From an uncultured Clostridia bacterium (lineage in GTDB: Bacteria; Bacillota; Clostridia; Christensenellales; Borkfalkiaceae), in assembly GCA_947174415.1 (NCBI GenBank), contig CAMWIW010000007.1, positions 4,557-68,556 of the forward strand: 64,000 nt of DNA. The letters are read 5' to 3'. How positions within the stretch are numbered: the first letter of the stretch is position 1; every line of letters starts with the position of its first letter. Under the pieces are notes generated by a model. That model saw nothing but the letters and a program-made list of their open reading frames with translations, had not been told where the DNA came from and did no database searches. Position numbers and translations under genes: made by a program. Shown one piece after another: positions 1 through 9,293 of this stretch.

Positions 1-1
1 C

Positions 2-1168
2 GTTGACAATCTTGACACCAACCTTTCCAAGGCAAGAGTTTCTAATTCGAGAAACGAGCAGGTTCGTCTTCTTACGGATATTGCTATCGAGAGCGAAATG
101 GCTGAAACCGTTATCGAGAGACTACCCCTTAACGGACAGCTTACCGAAAACATGACTTCGTTCGTCAACAAAATGGGCGACGGCGCTCAGTCTATGCTCT
201 ACTCGGTTGCAAGCGGCAACACCTTGACCGAAAGTCAGATTGCTACCATCGAGTATATGTATAAAGTCAACAAGGAAATGAAGGCGATAATTAACGAGCT
301 TACCGCGAACGCAAACAACAAGGATATGCTTGCGGCAATGAGCGGAAAGTCCGGTAACCTCCTTTCCTCTTCGTTCGATACTATTCAGAACACCACGGTT
401 GAAACACCTAAGGAAATCAACGACGGACCTTTCGCCGAGAATATCGATAAAGTTACCGCGAAGAACCTTGAAGGTTTGGAAGAGATTAGCGCAACCCGCG
501 CCGAAGAGCTTGCACGCGAATACTTTGAAAGCTATAACGTGAGCGACGTCAGATGCACGGGCGAAATGATTGCAGAGCAGCTTGCTTGCTACAACATTAC
601 CCTCACTACCAACGACGGCGAGATGAGCGCGCAGCTTTCCAAGCTTGGCGGTAAAGTAGTTGAATTCAACTCCTTTAAGGACTGCTCTTTGAAGAACTTC
701 TCCGTTGAAAGATGCATCGACATTGCGGAAGACTTCTTAGACGACCTCGGTTACGACGATATGAAGGCAGTTTGGACGAGCGAAAACGGCACGACCTGCA
801 ACCTTAACTTTGCTTACGAGAAAGACGGCGTTATATTTTATTCGGATATGATTAAAGTCAAGGTTTGCGAAGAACGCGGCATCGTTACGGGTATGGAAGG
901 ACTTAGCTACGTTCTTAACCACGTAGAAAGAACAGCTCCCTCCGCTAAGATAACGAAGAGCGACGCACAGGCTAAGCTTCACAGCGGCTTGGAAGTTGAA
1001 ACCGCAAGACTTTGCGTAGTTCCCATCGAGGGTAACGAAGTGCTTGCTTACGAGTTCTACGGCTCGTTCGACGGCTCTGACTACTACGTTTATATCGACG
1101 CAAAGACGGGCGAAGAAGTGCAGGTATTTACCGTTATCGGTACGGCGCAGGGCAGAGCCTTAATGTAA
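2..1168 (+). CDS. ypeB: Germination protein YpeB-like, 5' end cut by the window edge
   Basis: The reading frame is open from nt 2 with no upstream stop. The C-terminus has PepSY-like modules (YEFYGSFDGSDYYVYIDAKTGEEVQVF). A strong terminator follows. Confidence 0.55.
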   Translation, partial: VDNLDTNLSKARVSNSRNEQVRLLTDIAIESEMAETVIERLPLNGQLTENMTSFVNKMGDGAQSMLYSVASGNTLTESQIATIEYMYKVNKEMKAIINELTANANNKDMLAAMSGKSGNLLSSSFDTIQNTTVETPKEINDGPFAENIDKVTAKNLEGLEEISATRAEELAREYFESYNVSDVRCTGEMIAEQLACYNITLTTNDGEMSAQLSKLGGKVVEFNSFKDCSLKNFSVERCIDIAEDFLDDLGYDDMKAVWTSENGTTCNLNFAYEKDGVIFYSDMIKVKVCEERGIVTGMEGLSYVLNHVERTAPSAKITKSDAQAKLHSGLEVETARLCVVPIEGNEVLAYEFYGSFDGSDYYVYIDAKTGEEVQVFTVIGTAQGRALM

Positions 1169-1247
1169 GCGGCAACGGTTCGTTGCATCAGGTGTCTTAA
1201 TTGCCTGAACGGTTTACGAACTTAATCGCAAATCAAAATAGAATAGA

Positions 1248-1285
1248 AGCCGCCCGCGGGATAACCCGCGGGCGGCTATGTTTTT
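1248..1285. terminator. Intrinsic terminator between ypeB (+) and the XRE gene (-)
   Basis: Stem agccgcccgcggg / cccgcgggcggct with a 4-nt loop, followed by atgttttt. Confidence 0.8.
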
Positions 1286-1288
1286 AGA

Positions 1289-1489
1289 TTAATCTTCCAA
1301 ACCTAACAAATAGTCTGCACTTTCGTCTAATATTTTACATAATTTGTACAGCACCTCCACAGAAGGAAGGTTTTCACCGTTTTTCCAATTCGTTATATTA
1401 CTTTCAGAAATTTCAAGTATTTCCGCAAGTTGTTTTTGTGAATAGTTGCTCTGCTTTATTGCCGTTGCAATCCTTTCTTTAAATTTCAT
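1289..1489 (-). CDS. XRE-family HTH transcriptional regulator (66 aa)
   Basis: Cro/C1-type HTH signature: YSQKQLAEILEISESNITNWKNGENLPSVEVLYKLCKIL. Confidence 0.8.
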   Translation of the reverse strand: MKFKERIATAIKQSNYSQKQLAEILEISESNITNWKNGENLPSVEVLYKLCKILDESADYLLGLED

Positions 1490-1551
1490 AAATTCAGTTT
1501 AACACAATTCTTTCTAATCACTTGACAAATTCAGTTATACTGAACTATAAT
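1490..1551 (+). promoter_or_regulatory. Divergent promoter/operator region of the XRE switch
   Basis: -35 ttgaca (1522-1527), 18-nt spacer, -10 tataat (1546-1551). The inverted repeat ttcagt-tat-actgaa (1530-1544) lies in the spacer. The 10-mer aaattcagtt occurs at 1490-1499 and 1527-1536. Confidence 0.6.
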
Positions 1552-1568
1552 ATTTTCGGAGGTTATCT

Positions 1569-1817
1569 ATGAAATCTGAGATTGCTGAACTTTGTTATAA
1601 TTACCTTGAAAGAAAACCTTTTGTTCGAACCGCTAAGTGTATAAAATTAGAAGCACAAGTTGACAAAATTTATGAAAGTCTTGATGCTGAACACAAAAAA
1701 ATTTTTAATGAATTATTTGAACTACAAAGCGGTATTATAGCTGAAATTGAAACAGCTCATTTAAAAGCAGGCTTTAAACTTGGCTTAAAGTTGGCTATGG
1801 AAAGCGTATTAATTTAA
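1569..1817 (+). CDS. Small helical protein of unknown function (resembles DUF6809-type proteins, from memory)
   Basis: 82-aa ORF with RBS ggagg 8 nt upstream, divergent from the XRE gene. The C-terminus is AGFKLGLKLAMESV. A terminator follows at 1835-1880. Confidence 0.5.
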   Translation: MKSEIAELCYNYLERKPFVRTAKCIKLEAQVDKIYESLDAEHKKIFNELFELQSGIIAEIETAHLKAGFKLGLKLAMESVLI

Positions 1818-1834
1818 TTCAATTCGGCTCGTTT

Positions 1835-1880
1835 ACAACCGTAAGTTGGATTAAATCCTACTTGCGGTTGTTTAATTTTT
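1835..1880 (+). terminator. Intrinsic terminator
   Basis: Stem acaaccgtaagt / acttgcggttgt followed by ttaattttt. Confidence 0.7.
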
Positions 1881-1972
1881 ACTAAAATCAACTTTTGATA
1901 CGTGGATTTTTGCGGCGGGTTGGGTTATAATTAAACCGTAAACCGCGGTCAGATTATTAAAGGAGATTTTTT

Positions 1973-2461
1973 ATGAACAGTTTAGGTGAAAGAATTGCAT
2001 ATTACAGAAAAAAAGCGGGGCTGACGCAGGAAGGACTTGCGGAGAAATGTTCGGTTTCGGGGCAAGCCGTTTCCAAGTGGGAAAACGATTTAAGCGCGCC
2101 TGACATAGCCCTTCTTCCCGCTCTTGCGGAACTATTCAATATTACTTGCGACGAGCTTCTGGGCATTCGCAAGAAAGAGGTTGCGGCTGTCGCGCCCGAG
2201 CTTGTTGACCTTACTAAAATGATGTTTAAATTAAAAGTTTTAAGCAAAAAGGGCGACGTCGTCAACGTTAACCTACCCCTCTCCATTGCTGAAGTTTTTT
2301 TAAAGAGCGGAAGCATTTGCGGCGTGAACGAACAGGCAACAAAGTTGCTTGAAAAAATAGATTTGGCACAGGTTGTTTCTTTGGTAAGGCTCGGCGCGGT
2401 TGGGAAACTTATTGATATAAAATCGGCTGAGGGCGACGTCGTGGAAGGTTGGGTTGAATGA
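1973..2461 (+). CDS. XRE-family HTH regulator fused to a roughly 95-aa C-terminal domain of unknown function
   Basis: N-terminal HTH: LTQEGLAEKCSVSGQAVSKWENDLSAPDIALLPALAELFNITCDELLG. RBS aaggag lies upstream. Confidence 0.7.
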   Translation: MNSLGERIAYYRKKAGLTQEGLAEKCSVSGQAVSKWENDLSAPDIALLPALAELFNITCDELLGIRKKEVAAVAPELVDLTKMMFKLKVLSKKGDVVNVNLPLSIAEVFLKSGSICGVNEQATKLLEKIDLAQVVSLVRLGAVGKLIDIKSAEGDVVEGWVE

Positions 2462-2703
2462 CCGTAAAAATAAAAGTAAGAAAATTGAAGCTCAGCCTTT
2501 GGCTGCCGACGTGTTTCGCCGGCGGAATTGCCCTGAGCTGCGCGAAACGCGAGTTGAAAAAGTCGGGATTTAAGCTCAAAAAATCGCGAAAATTAAAGCG
2601 GGATATTCTTCGGGCGATAAAGAAAACGAAAAAGAAAGTCGGAAAATTTGAGCTTGTTAACGTTTCAACACACGACGGAGTAAAAGTTGTAATTAAAATT
2701 TAA
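2458..2703 (+). CDS. Small very basic protein with one hydrophobic segment, translationally coupled
   Basis: ATGA start/stop overlap with the upstream ORF. Lys/Arg-rich. Function unknown. Confidence 0.4.
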   Translation: MTVKIKVRKLKLSLWLPTCFAGGIALSCAKRELKKSGFKLKKSRKLKRDILRAIKKTKKKVGKFELVNVSTHDGVKVVIKI

Positions 2704-2706
2704 AAA

Positions 2707-2743
2707 GCGCCCCCGAAAAACGGTAACCGTTTTTCAGGGGCGC
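2707..2743. terminator. Bidirectional terminator (17-bp stem)
   Basis: gcgcccccgaaaaacgg taa ccgtttttcaggggcgc, located between convergent genes. Confidence 0.8.
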
Positions 2744-2758
2744 ACTTATTTTACGAGC

Positions 2759-3673
2759 TTATTGTTTGTCTATAATGTCCAAAATTTCGGAAATTCTGTC
2801 CAAATCGTCGCGGGAATAGTAATCTATATATATTCTTCCCTTTTTATCAGTGCCGATAAGACTGACTTTCGTTCTGAACGCAAAGCGCATTCTTTCAACC
2901 AACTGTTTAAGCTCGATTGAAGCAAGCGCACGCTTTTTCTTCTTGCGCTCGTCCAAAATCTCGGGAGGAATATTGTAGGCGCGTACCTTTTTTTCCAATT
3001 CGCGCACGGAATACTGACTGCGTATTGCGTCGTGTGCAAAATTAATCTGCTCTTCCGCAGGCAGAGGAACTATGGTTCTTGCGTGTCCCGCCGAAAGCTT
3101 ACCTTCCGATACCAAAGATATAACTTCGGGGCAGAGATTTAAAAGCCTTAAAGTGTTTGCAATTGCGGGTCTGGACTTGCCTATTCTTTCGGCAAGCTCG
3201 TCTTGGGTCAACTTATAATCAACCATAAGCTGCTTCATTGCCGTTGCCGCCTCTATGGGGTTCAAGTCCTCCCTTTGCAGGTTTTCGATAAGCGAGATTT
3301 CCTTAATCTCTCTGGGCGAGTACTTGCGGACTACTACGGGTATCGTCAGCCTGCCTGCAAGTTTACATGCACGGAAACGCCTTTCGCCCGCGATAATCAT
3401 ATACGTACCGTCGCTGTTGTCGTTGACGACGATAGGCATAATCACACCGTGCTTTTTGATTGAGTCGGCAAGCTCTCTTAACGCCTGTTCGTCAAAGTTC
3501 TTACGCGGCTGATTTGGATTTGGCGATATTTTGTCTATCGACATCTCCTCGGCGTTCTTCCTCTCTTCTTCGGTATAATCAAAAGCGTTACGATGCTGTT
3601 CGAATGCGTTCTCGTAAGCTGCCTCCGTTTCACCGAACAAAGCGTCAAGTCCCTTTCCTAAACCTTTTGCCAT
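2759..3673 (-). CDS. parB: Chromosome partitioning protein ParB/Spo0J
   Basis: N-terminus MAKGLGKGLDALFGE, the GERRFRA motif, and an HTH region. Confidence 0.9.
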   Translation of the reverse strand: MAKGLGKGLDALFGETEAAYENAFEQHRNAFDYTEEERKNAEEMSIDKISPNPNQPRKNFDEQALRELADSIKKHGVIMPIVVNDNSDGTYMIIAGERRFRACKLAGRLTIPVVVRKYSPREIKEISLIENLQREDLNPIEAATAMKQLMVDYKLTQDELAERIGKSRPAIANTLRLLNLCPEVISLVSEGKLSAGHARTIVPLPAEEQINFAHDAIRSQYSVRELEKKVRAYNIPPEILDERKKKKRALASIELKQLVERMRFAFRTKVSLIGTDKKGRIYIDYYSRDDLDRISEILDIIDKQ

Positions 3674-3736
3674 ATTTCACCTCTAAAATTTTCTCCGTGT
3701 TGCCCCTTGGGGCATTTTTAAATTTCAGTAAAAGTC

Positions 3737-4501
3737 TTACATTTGTTTTGAAAGAAATTCTTCCGTTAAAGCCCTGTATGCCCTTGCTCCCACGCATTTG
3801 GGGTCATGCAAAAGAATGGGCACACCGTGGCTGGGTGCTTCCGCAAGCCGTACGTTGCGGGGAATAATAATTTCAAAGAGCCTCGTTTTGAAAAACTTCT
3901 TAATCTCTGCCGTAATCTGTTTCGAAATTAACGCCCTGCCGTCGTACATAGTAATGACAACGCCCTCAATCTGCAACTGCGGATTGAGGTGTTGCTTTAC
4001 CATTGCAATGGTGTTCATTAATTGGCTTACGCCCTCTAAGGCGTAATATTCGGATTGCATAGGGATAATGATCGAGTCCGATGCAACCCATGCGTTTATC
4101 GTCAGAAGCCCTAACGAAGGCGGGCAGTCTATAAATATGTAATCGTAGTCGGCGCGTACCTTTTCAAGCGCGTTTTTAAGTATGCGCTCACGGTTTCTCT
4201 TATAGACTAAATCAACTTCTGCACCCGTCAAATCTACGTTGGCGGGCAGAATATCCAAAAGCTTGACTTGCGTCGGCAAAATATTAGCCGACGCAGCGTC
4301 GTCTTCGATTAGTACGTTGTAAACCGACTTCTTCAACGAGCTTTTCGAAAAGCCCAATCCCGTGGTGGCGTTACCTTGCGAGTCCAAATCGACAAGCAAA
4401 ACCTTTTTGCCCATATCGGCACAGTAAGCCGCCATGTTTATCGCGGTCGTTGTCTTTCCGACACCGCCCTTCTTATTCGTTAACGAAATAATCTTACCCA
4501 T
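3737..4501 (-). CDS. parA: ParA/Soj partition ATPase
   Basis: Deviant Walker A KGGVGKTTT. Lies directly upstream of parB in the operon. Confidence 0.9.
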   Translation of the reverse strand: MGKIISLTNKKGGVGKTTTAINMAAYCADMGKKVLLVDLDSQGNATTGLGFSKSSLKKSVYNVLIEDDAASANILPTQVKLLDILPANVDLTGAEVDLVYKRNRERILKNALEKVRADYDYIFIDCPPSLGLLTINAWVASDSIIIPMQSEYYALEGVSQLMNTIAMVKQHLNPQLQIEGVVITMYDGRALISKQITAEIKKFFKTRLFEIIIPRNVRLAEAPSHGVPILLHDPKCVGARAYRALTEEFLSKQM

Positions 4502-4551
4502 AACACTCCAACTCTTTTCATTTGCGTTTTCTTCCGCTGCCTACAGGCGGC

Positions 4552-4567
4552 GGTTTCACGGGAAACA
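4552..4567. promoter_or_regulatory. parS-like site (14/16 match)
   Basis: ggtttcacgggaaaca compared with the consensus TGTTTCACGTGAAACA. Lies between the parA start and the ftsH stop. Confidence 0.35.
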
Positions 4568-4570
4568 TAT

Positions 4571-6658
4571 TTAAAAACGGATATTCTTTCCGTCGCTTCC
4601 GCCGTCGCCATCACCGTCTCCGTCTGAAGGCTTCTCTTCCGAAGGAGTTTCAAACTTCTTGAAACGGTTATCTACGTGTTTCTCGTCCTGTTCGTCCATA
4701 TACTTCATTACTTCCGAATAAGACTTACCTTCCAAAAGCATATCCACCTCTTCGGTGTAAATGGTTTCGCGTTCGATAAGAACTCTTGCCATATTATCTA
4801 AAACGTTACGGTTTTCGCTCAAAAGCTTTCTCGCACGGGCAAGCTGCGTGGAAACGATGTCGCGAACCTCGTCGTCGATCATTTTCGCAGTTTCTTCGGA
4901 ATAAGAATTATGAACCGCCATATCCTTACCGATAAACACGGGCTGAGAATCGTCGCTGTAACTTATAAGTCCAAGCTTTTCGCTCATACCGAATTCGGTA
5001 ACCATTGCGCGGGCAAATTTCGTTGCTTGCTTAATATCGCCCGTAGCACCAGAGGAAATATCTTTAATTACAAGCTCTTCGGCAACACGGCCGCCAAGCG
5101 TCATACATATATCGTCGAGTATAAAGTTCTTTGAATAGTACGCGCGGTCAGATTCGGGACGGGTCATTGTAAATCCGCCGGCGTTGCCGCGGGGTATTAT
5201 CGTTACTTCGTGAACGGGGTCGCAGTTCGTGCAGAGCTTTGCCAAAATGCAATGTCCCGATTCGTGGAAAGCCGTAAGCCTTTTTTCGGATTCGGTTACA
5301 ACCTTACTCTTCTTTGCAGGGCCCATAGCAACCTTATCAAAGGCTTCGTAAAGTTCAGCGTTTCCAATAAATTTCTTGTTTGCCCGAGCGGCAAGAATTG
5401 CTGCCTCATTCAACAGATTGGCAAGGTCTGCGCCCGAAAAACCTGCACTTAATCTTGCTACGTTCTTCAAATTTACGTCAGGCGCTAGCGGCTTATTGCG
5501 AGCGTGAACCTTCAATATCTGTTCCCTTCCCTTTACGTCGGGAAGATTAACGTATACCTGTCTGTCGAAACGTCCGGGTCTCATAAGTGCGGGGTCAAGA
5601 ATATCGGCACGGTTGGTTGCCGCCATAACTATTACGCCCTCGTTGGACTCGAAACCGTCCATCTGAACGAGAATTTGGTTTAAAGTCTGCTCTCTTTCGT
5701 CGTTGCCGCCGCCAAGTCCCGCTCCGCGGTGTCTGCCTACGGCGTCTATTTCGTCTACGAATATGATGCAAGGCTGGTTTTTCTTAGCCATATCAAATAA
5801 GTCGCGCACACGCGACGCACCCACGCCTACGTACATTTCAACGAAGTCAGAGCCCGAAACCGAAAAGAACGGAACACCCGCTTCGCCTGCGACTGCTTTG
5901 GCAAACAGAGTTTTACCCGTTCCGGGAGGGCCTACAAGAAGCACACCCTTAGGGATACGCGCCCCCAAATCCGAGAATTTTTTGGGCTGGCGCAAAAATT
6001 CTACTATTTCTGCAAGTTCTACCTTTTCCTCTTCTGCGCCCGCCACATCAGTAAAGCGCACCTTGATATTGGTAGTTACGCGGGCTTTGGTCTTAGCAAA
6101 ACTCATCATCTTGCCGCCGCCACCCATTGACGAGCGGATTATCAGGAAGAATACCACACACACTATTACGATTGAAAGAACCGAGAACAGCGTTGAAACC
6201 CAGCTTCCCGCATTGGGATTGGACATATCTACTTCTACGCCGTAATCTTTATAAATGGTCTTAATCTGCTCCCAACCGTCCGCGCCGTACTGAGAAGGAC
6301 CGTAACAGTAATACGACAGAACCATTTTATCGGTTTTTTCATTATAGGTGTAACCCTTATATTCGTAAGAATTGACGTCTACTTTCCATATTACTATAAT
6401 AGGCTTGCCGTCTGCGTCTACGACTTTATCTTTAAAATCACCCTCTGTCGCAACTTTATAACCTTCCGGAAGTTCTGCGCCCTCTTTAAGCGTACCGTCC
6501 TTATTGACGTATTGCGCATTCTCCATATAGGATATAAATTGTGTAGTAGATTTCTTTGCCGCCCCACCGTTTAAAGTGGTTGTCAGTATTATTGCAATTG
6601 CGGCAACTATAAGCACAAAAACAATTGCGCCAAAAATAAATCTGCCTTTTTTATTCAA
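4571..6658 (-). CDS. ftsH: ATP-dependent zinc metalloprotease FtsH
   Basis: Walker [24 protein letters not shown], the zinc motif HESGH, two N-terminal TM segments, and a GD-rich tail. Confidence 0.95.
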   Translation of the reverse strand: MNKKGRFIFGAIVFVLIVAAIAIILTTTLNGGAAKKSTTQFISYMENAQYVNKDGTLKEGAELPEGYKVATEGDFKDKVVDADGKPIIVIWKVDVNSYEYKGYTYNEKTDKMVLSYYCYGPSQYGADGWEQIKTIYKDYGVEVDMSNPNAGSWVSTLFSVLSIVIVCVVFFLIIRSSMGGGGKMMSFAKTKARVTTNIKVRFTDVAGAEEEKVELAEIVEFLRQPKKFSDLGARIPKGVLLVGPPGTGKTLFAKAVAGEAGVPFFSVSGSDFVEMYVGVGASRVRDLFDMAKKNQPCIIFVDEIDAVGRHRGAGLGGGNDEREQTLNQILVQMDGFESNEGVIVMAATNRADILDPALMRPGRFDRQVYVNLPDVKGREQILKVHARNKPLAPDVNLKNVARLSAGFSGADLANLLNEAAILAARANKKFIGNAELYEAFDKVAMGPAKKSKVVTESEKRLTAFHESGHCILAKLCTNCDPVHEVTIIPRGNAGGFTMTRPESDRAYYSKNFILDDICMTLGGRVAEELVIKDISSGATGDIKQATKFARAMVTEFGMSEKLGLISYSDDSQPVFIGKDMAVHNSYSEETAKMIDDEVRDIVSTQLARARKLLSENRNVLDNMARVLIERETIYTEEVDMLLEGKSYSEVMKYMDEQDEKHVDNRFKKFETPSEEKPSDGDGDGDGGSDGKNIRF

Positions 6659-6857
6659 AATTTAACTCCTTATTATTAAACTTAGTCTATTATAACAGAT
6701 AGAACCGTCTGTTTGCAAGCATTTACCGTAAAAAAGTTTAATATATCACTCAATTTTTACGGTTTTTTCACTTAAACACATTGTAATGTAAGCAGTAAAA
6801 AATTGTCGAAAATGCCTCAAATTTTGATTGCGCTTGCCTATTTTTATAATATAAAAT

Positions 6858-6873
6858 TGTTTCATGTGGAACA
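6858..6873. promoter_or_regulatory. parS-like site (14/16)
   Basis: tgtttcatgtggaaca compared with TGTTTCACGTGAAACA. Confidence 0.3.
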
Positions 6874-6900
6874 TTCAACCAAATTTTTTCGACTTTTTTA

Positions 6901-6916
6901 TGTTTCACGTGGAACG
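6901..6916. promoter_or_regulatory. parS-like site (14/16)
   Basis: tgtttcacgtggaacg compared with TGTTTCACGTGAAACA. Lies 43 bp from the previous site. Confidence 0.35.
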
Positions 6917-7327
6917 TATACCGCTCAAATTTTGGAAATTGTGGATAATTTTTCAAAAATGTGGGATTTTTTGCTTATTTTTACCAAAATCGCCGAATTT
7001 TATGTGGACAATTATCCGAGGTTTTTATCAAAATATTTGAATAATCCCCTTACAGAGGTTAATTTGTGCATTTTTTGTGGATAAAATGCGTGTTTATAGC
7101 TTTTTTAAGCCATTTTCAGCCCGTTTGCGCTGTGAGTATTGTGGAAAAATGTGTACTTTCACTGTTATTAAATCGTTTTTTCAGCCTATGAGAGCGTTTT
7201 TTAAAGGAACTTTTATAAAATTTTAAGGATATTATAAAAGGAATTATAAATTTTTTTAAATCCGTCAATAATTTACCCGTTATTACCTCTGCCGAAAATT
7301 GCAGAGGGTTTGGGTTACGGAGAAATT

Positions 7328-7912
7328 ATGGAATACTCGTTCAATTTATATAACGCTCTTGCGCCACAAGGAATTTGTCTGACGCTGAGAAAAATGCTTG
7401 TAAAATTCTCAAAAACACCGACGGTTCTGTGTATCGGAAGCGATTTATCCGTGGGCGATAGCTTAGGCCCTGTTACGGGAACTATGCTAAAAGAGCAGCT
7501 TGCCGGACTTAACTGTTACGTTTACGGAACGCTTGCAAAGCCTATAACGGCGCATGAGGTAAAATATATGAATGAATTTTTACGCGCCACTCATCCTGAC
7601 AGTCCGATAATAGCCATTGATGCGGCCGTAGGTATTGCCGGTGATATAGGACTGATTAAAGTTTCTCCTACGGGCATTAAGCCGGGCAGCGGAGCAAACA
7701 AAAAGCTTGCAACTGTCGGCGACGCTTCGATAATGGGAATAGTGGCAGAAAAGTCGGTATTTAATTACTCTCTTTTTTCGGCAACCCGCTTAAATATTAT
7801 ATACAAAATGGCTGCAATAATTGCCGAAGGCGTTTCAACCTATATAATCGAAAGTTTGCAGAAGGGAAGCTGGAGAGAAGAGGTAAACGTTTTCGATAAA
7901 AAATCAGTTTAA
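7328..7912 (+). CDS. yyaC: Spore protease YyaC family protein
   Basis: The motif LCIGSDLSVGDSLGPVTG is typical of YyaC. The ATG at 7328 has ggag 6 nt upstream, whereas the track start at 7310 is a TTG. Confidence 0.7.
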   Translation: MEYSFNLYNALAPQGICLTLRKMLVKFSKTPTVLCIGSDLSVGDSLGPVTGTMLKEQLAGLNCYVYGTLAKPITAHEVKYMNEFLRATHPDSPIIAIDAAVGIAGDIGLIKVSPTGIKPGSGANKKLATVGDASIMGIVAEKSVFNYSLFSATRLNIIYKMAAIIAEGVSTYIIESLQKGSWREEVNVFDKKSV

Positions 7913-7954
7913 AATCGATTTACACTAATCAAAGGCGCAAAAATCATTAAAATA

Positions 7955-7992
7955 GGGCGCAGAGCTTTTAAAAAGCTCTGCGCCCCTTTATT
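7955..7992 (+). terminator. Intrinsic terminator after yyaC
   Basis: Stem gggcgcagagctttt / aaaagctctgcgccc. Confidence 0.7.
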
Positions 7993-8231
7993 CAGTCTAT
8001 TGTTTTTAACTTGTTTTTCGGTGTAGTAAGTCAGTAATTTTTTTCACTTATTGTTAGTACAAAAAACGGTCCTGTTCTTTCGTACAGGCAACTTTATAAT
8101 TATGGTTATAATCCAAAATTTTTTTAAAATTCTACGAGTATTAAAGTCGCGATTTTTATATATTTTTTATTGTTTTTTAATTCTTTGCGCCGCTCAAAAT
8201 TTTTTATAAAAGGTTATGCGCCCTCTTGTTT

Positions 8232-8900
8232 TTAAAGAGGTTTTTTCCTTTCCAGACCCCTACCGCGCGGATATTTTAAGGGTGTGGATTTTACCTTTTT
8301 TATAACTATAACCGTTCGCTTTCCATAACCTTCCAAAAGCTCGTAAGTTTCGATTTTTTCTATCTCGCCGCCAAGAATATTTACTGCGTTTATGCTTTCC
8401 TTTATTTCCTCTTCTGCGTCTCCCTTATAGGCAATAAATCTTCCACCGACTTTTACGAACGGAAGACAGTATTCACATAAAGTATTGAGCTTAGCAACGG
8501 CACGGGCGGTGGCAACGTCGAATTTTTCTCTCAGTGTTTCGTCTTTTCCTCCTTCTTCTGCACGGATATTGAGGACTTGTACACTTTTTAATCCGAGTTT
8601 ATCAACAACAGTTCTCAAATATTCACATTTTTTACCCGTACTTTCTATTAAAGTAAAGTCTAAATCGTCCCTAACAATCTTTAAAGGAATAGACGGAAAG
8701 CCTCCTCCAGAGCCAATTTCCACTACTTTTGCACCCATTGAAAAGTAATTTTGTGGCTTTATACTGTCAAAAAAGTGCTTAATATACACCTCTTTTTCGT
8801 CGCAAATTGCAGTTAAATTGTATTTTTGATTGAATTCGGACAAAATTTCTCTGAATTTTTCAAATTTATCCGCAAATTTTTCATATCCCTCAAATAACAT
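8232..8900 (-). CDS. rsmG: 16S rRNA (guanine527-N7)-methyltransferase RsmG
   Basis: SAM-binding motif VEIGSGGGFPSIPLKI and a GidB-like length. Confidence 0.9.
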   Translation of the reverse strand: MLFEGYEKFADKFEKFREILSEFNQKYNLTAICDEKEVYIKHFFDSIKPQNYFSMGAKVVEIGSGGGFPSIPLKIVRDDLDFTLIESTGKKCEYLRTVVDKLGLKSVQVLNIRAEEGGKDETLREKFDVATARAVAKLNTLCEYCLPFVKVGGRFIAYKGDAEEEIKESINAVNILGGEIEKIETYELLEGYGKRTVIVIKKVKSTPLKYPRGRGLERKKPL

Positions 8901-8928
8901 AAGTCAAGTATATCAAAAACTCCTCTGT

Positions 8929-9290
8929 TTATCAACTTTTTATTTTTCCACAATCCACTTTATTTTGTGGATTTTCGCTTGTTTTGTTAATTTTTGGATT
9001 TATAATTTATTTTTTACGGAAATCGGGTATAAAAGTATATATTTTTTTCACATTTTTAAAGACTTTTATACAGCCGTTATACAGTGATTATCAACAATTT
9101 TTTTGTTATTTAAATATACCTTAAATTGCCGTTTTTCTGTTGCTTTTTGCCCTAAAATTTGTTATTATACTGTTGAAATACTATTGAGGGAAAAAAGATA
9201 TACACAATTCCCCAAGCTCTACTATTATTATTACAATATAAATCTTTATTAATATAATTAATAAAGAAAGAGGGAAAATACGGAGACGAA
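8929..9290. promoter_or_regulatory. oriC-like DnaA-box cluster 2 plus AT-rich tracts, immediately upstream of dnaN
   Basis: ttttccaca (8944-8952, 1 mismatch), tgtggattt (8966-8974), and ttatcaaca (9088-9096, 1 mismatch). Long A/T runs at 9000-9060 and 9220-9270. Confidence 0.55.
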
Positions 9291-9293
9291 AAT

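Larger units (their letters stand above)
6858..7148. promoter_or_regulatory. oriC-like DnaA-box cluster 1
   Basis: Perfect boxes tgtggataa at 6940-6948 and 7076-7084. One-mismatch boxes at 7003-7011 (tgtggacaa) and 7140-7148 (tgtggaaaa). Weaker boxes lie at 6960 and 7013. The surroundings are AT-rich and non-coding. Confidence 0.7.

Noticed and set aside
3699-3722. Hairpin gttgcccc-ttgg-ggcattttta between parB and parA, reminiscent of the repeat family's flank.
   Set aside because: It lacks the ATATG core. It may be just a small intercistronic hairpin.
5703-6245. 180-aa ORF antisense to ftsH. Similar long antisense ORFs lie at 14580-15233, 27007-27528, 36703-37125, 37951-38433, 40856-41263, 41166-41825, 45695-46186, 53867-54427, 59882-60358 and 62675-63163.
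   Set aside because: Each lies entirely within a confidently identified gene on the other strand and has a low-complexity or Pro/Ser/Arg-rich composition typical of shadow ORFs.
6768-7084. Two overlapping short ORFs (62 and 93 aa) in the ftsH-yyaC gap.
   Set aside because: The region is AT-rich and packed with DnaA boxes and parS-like sites. There is no RBS, and the composition is odd (Phe/Lys/Asn/Ile). It is better explained as origin DNA.
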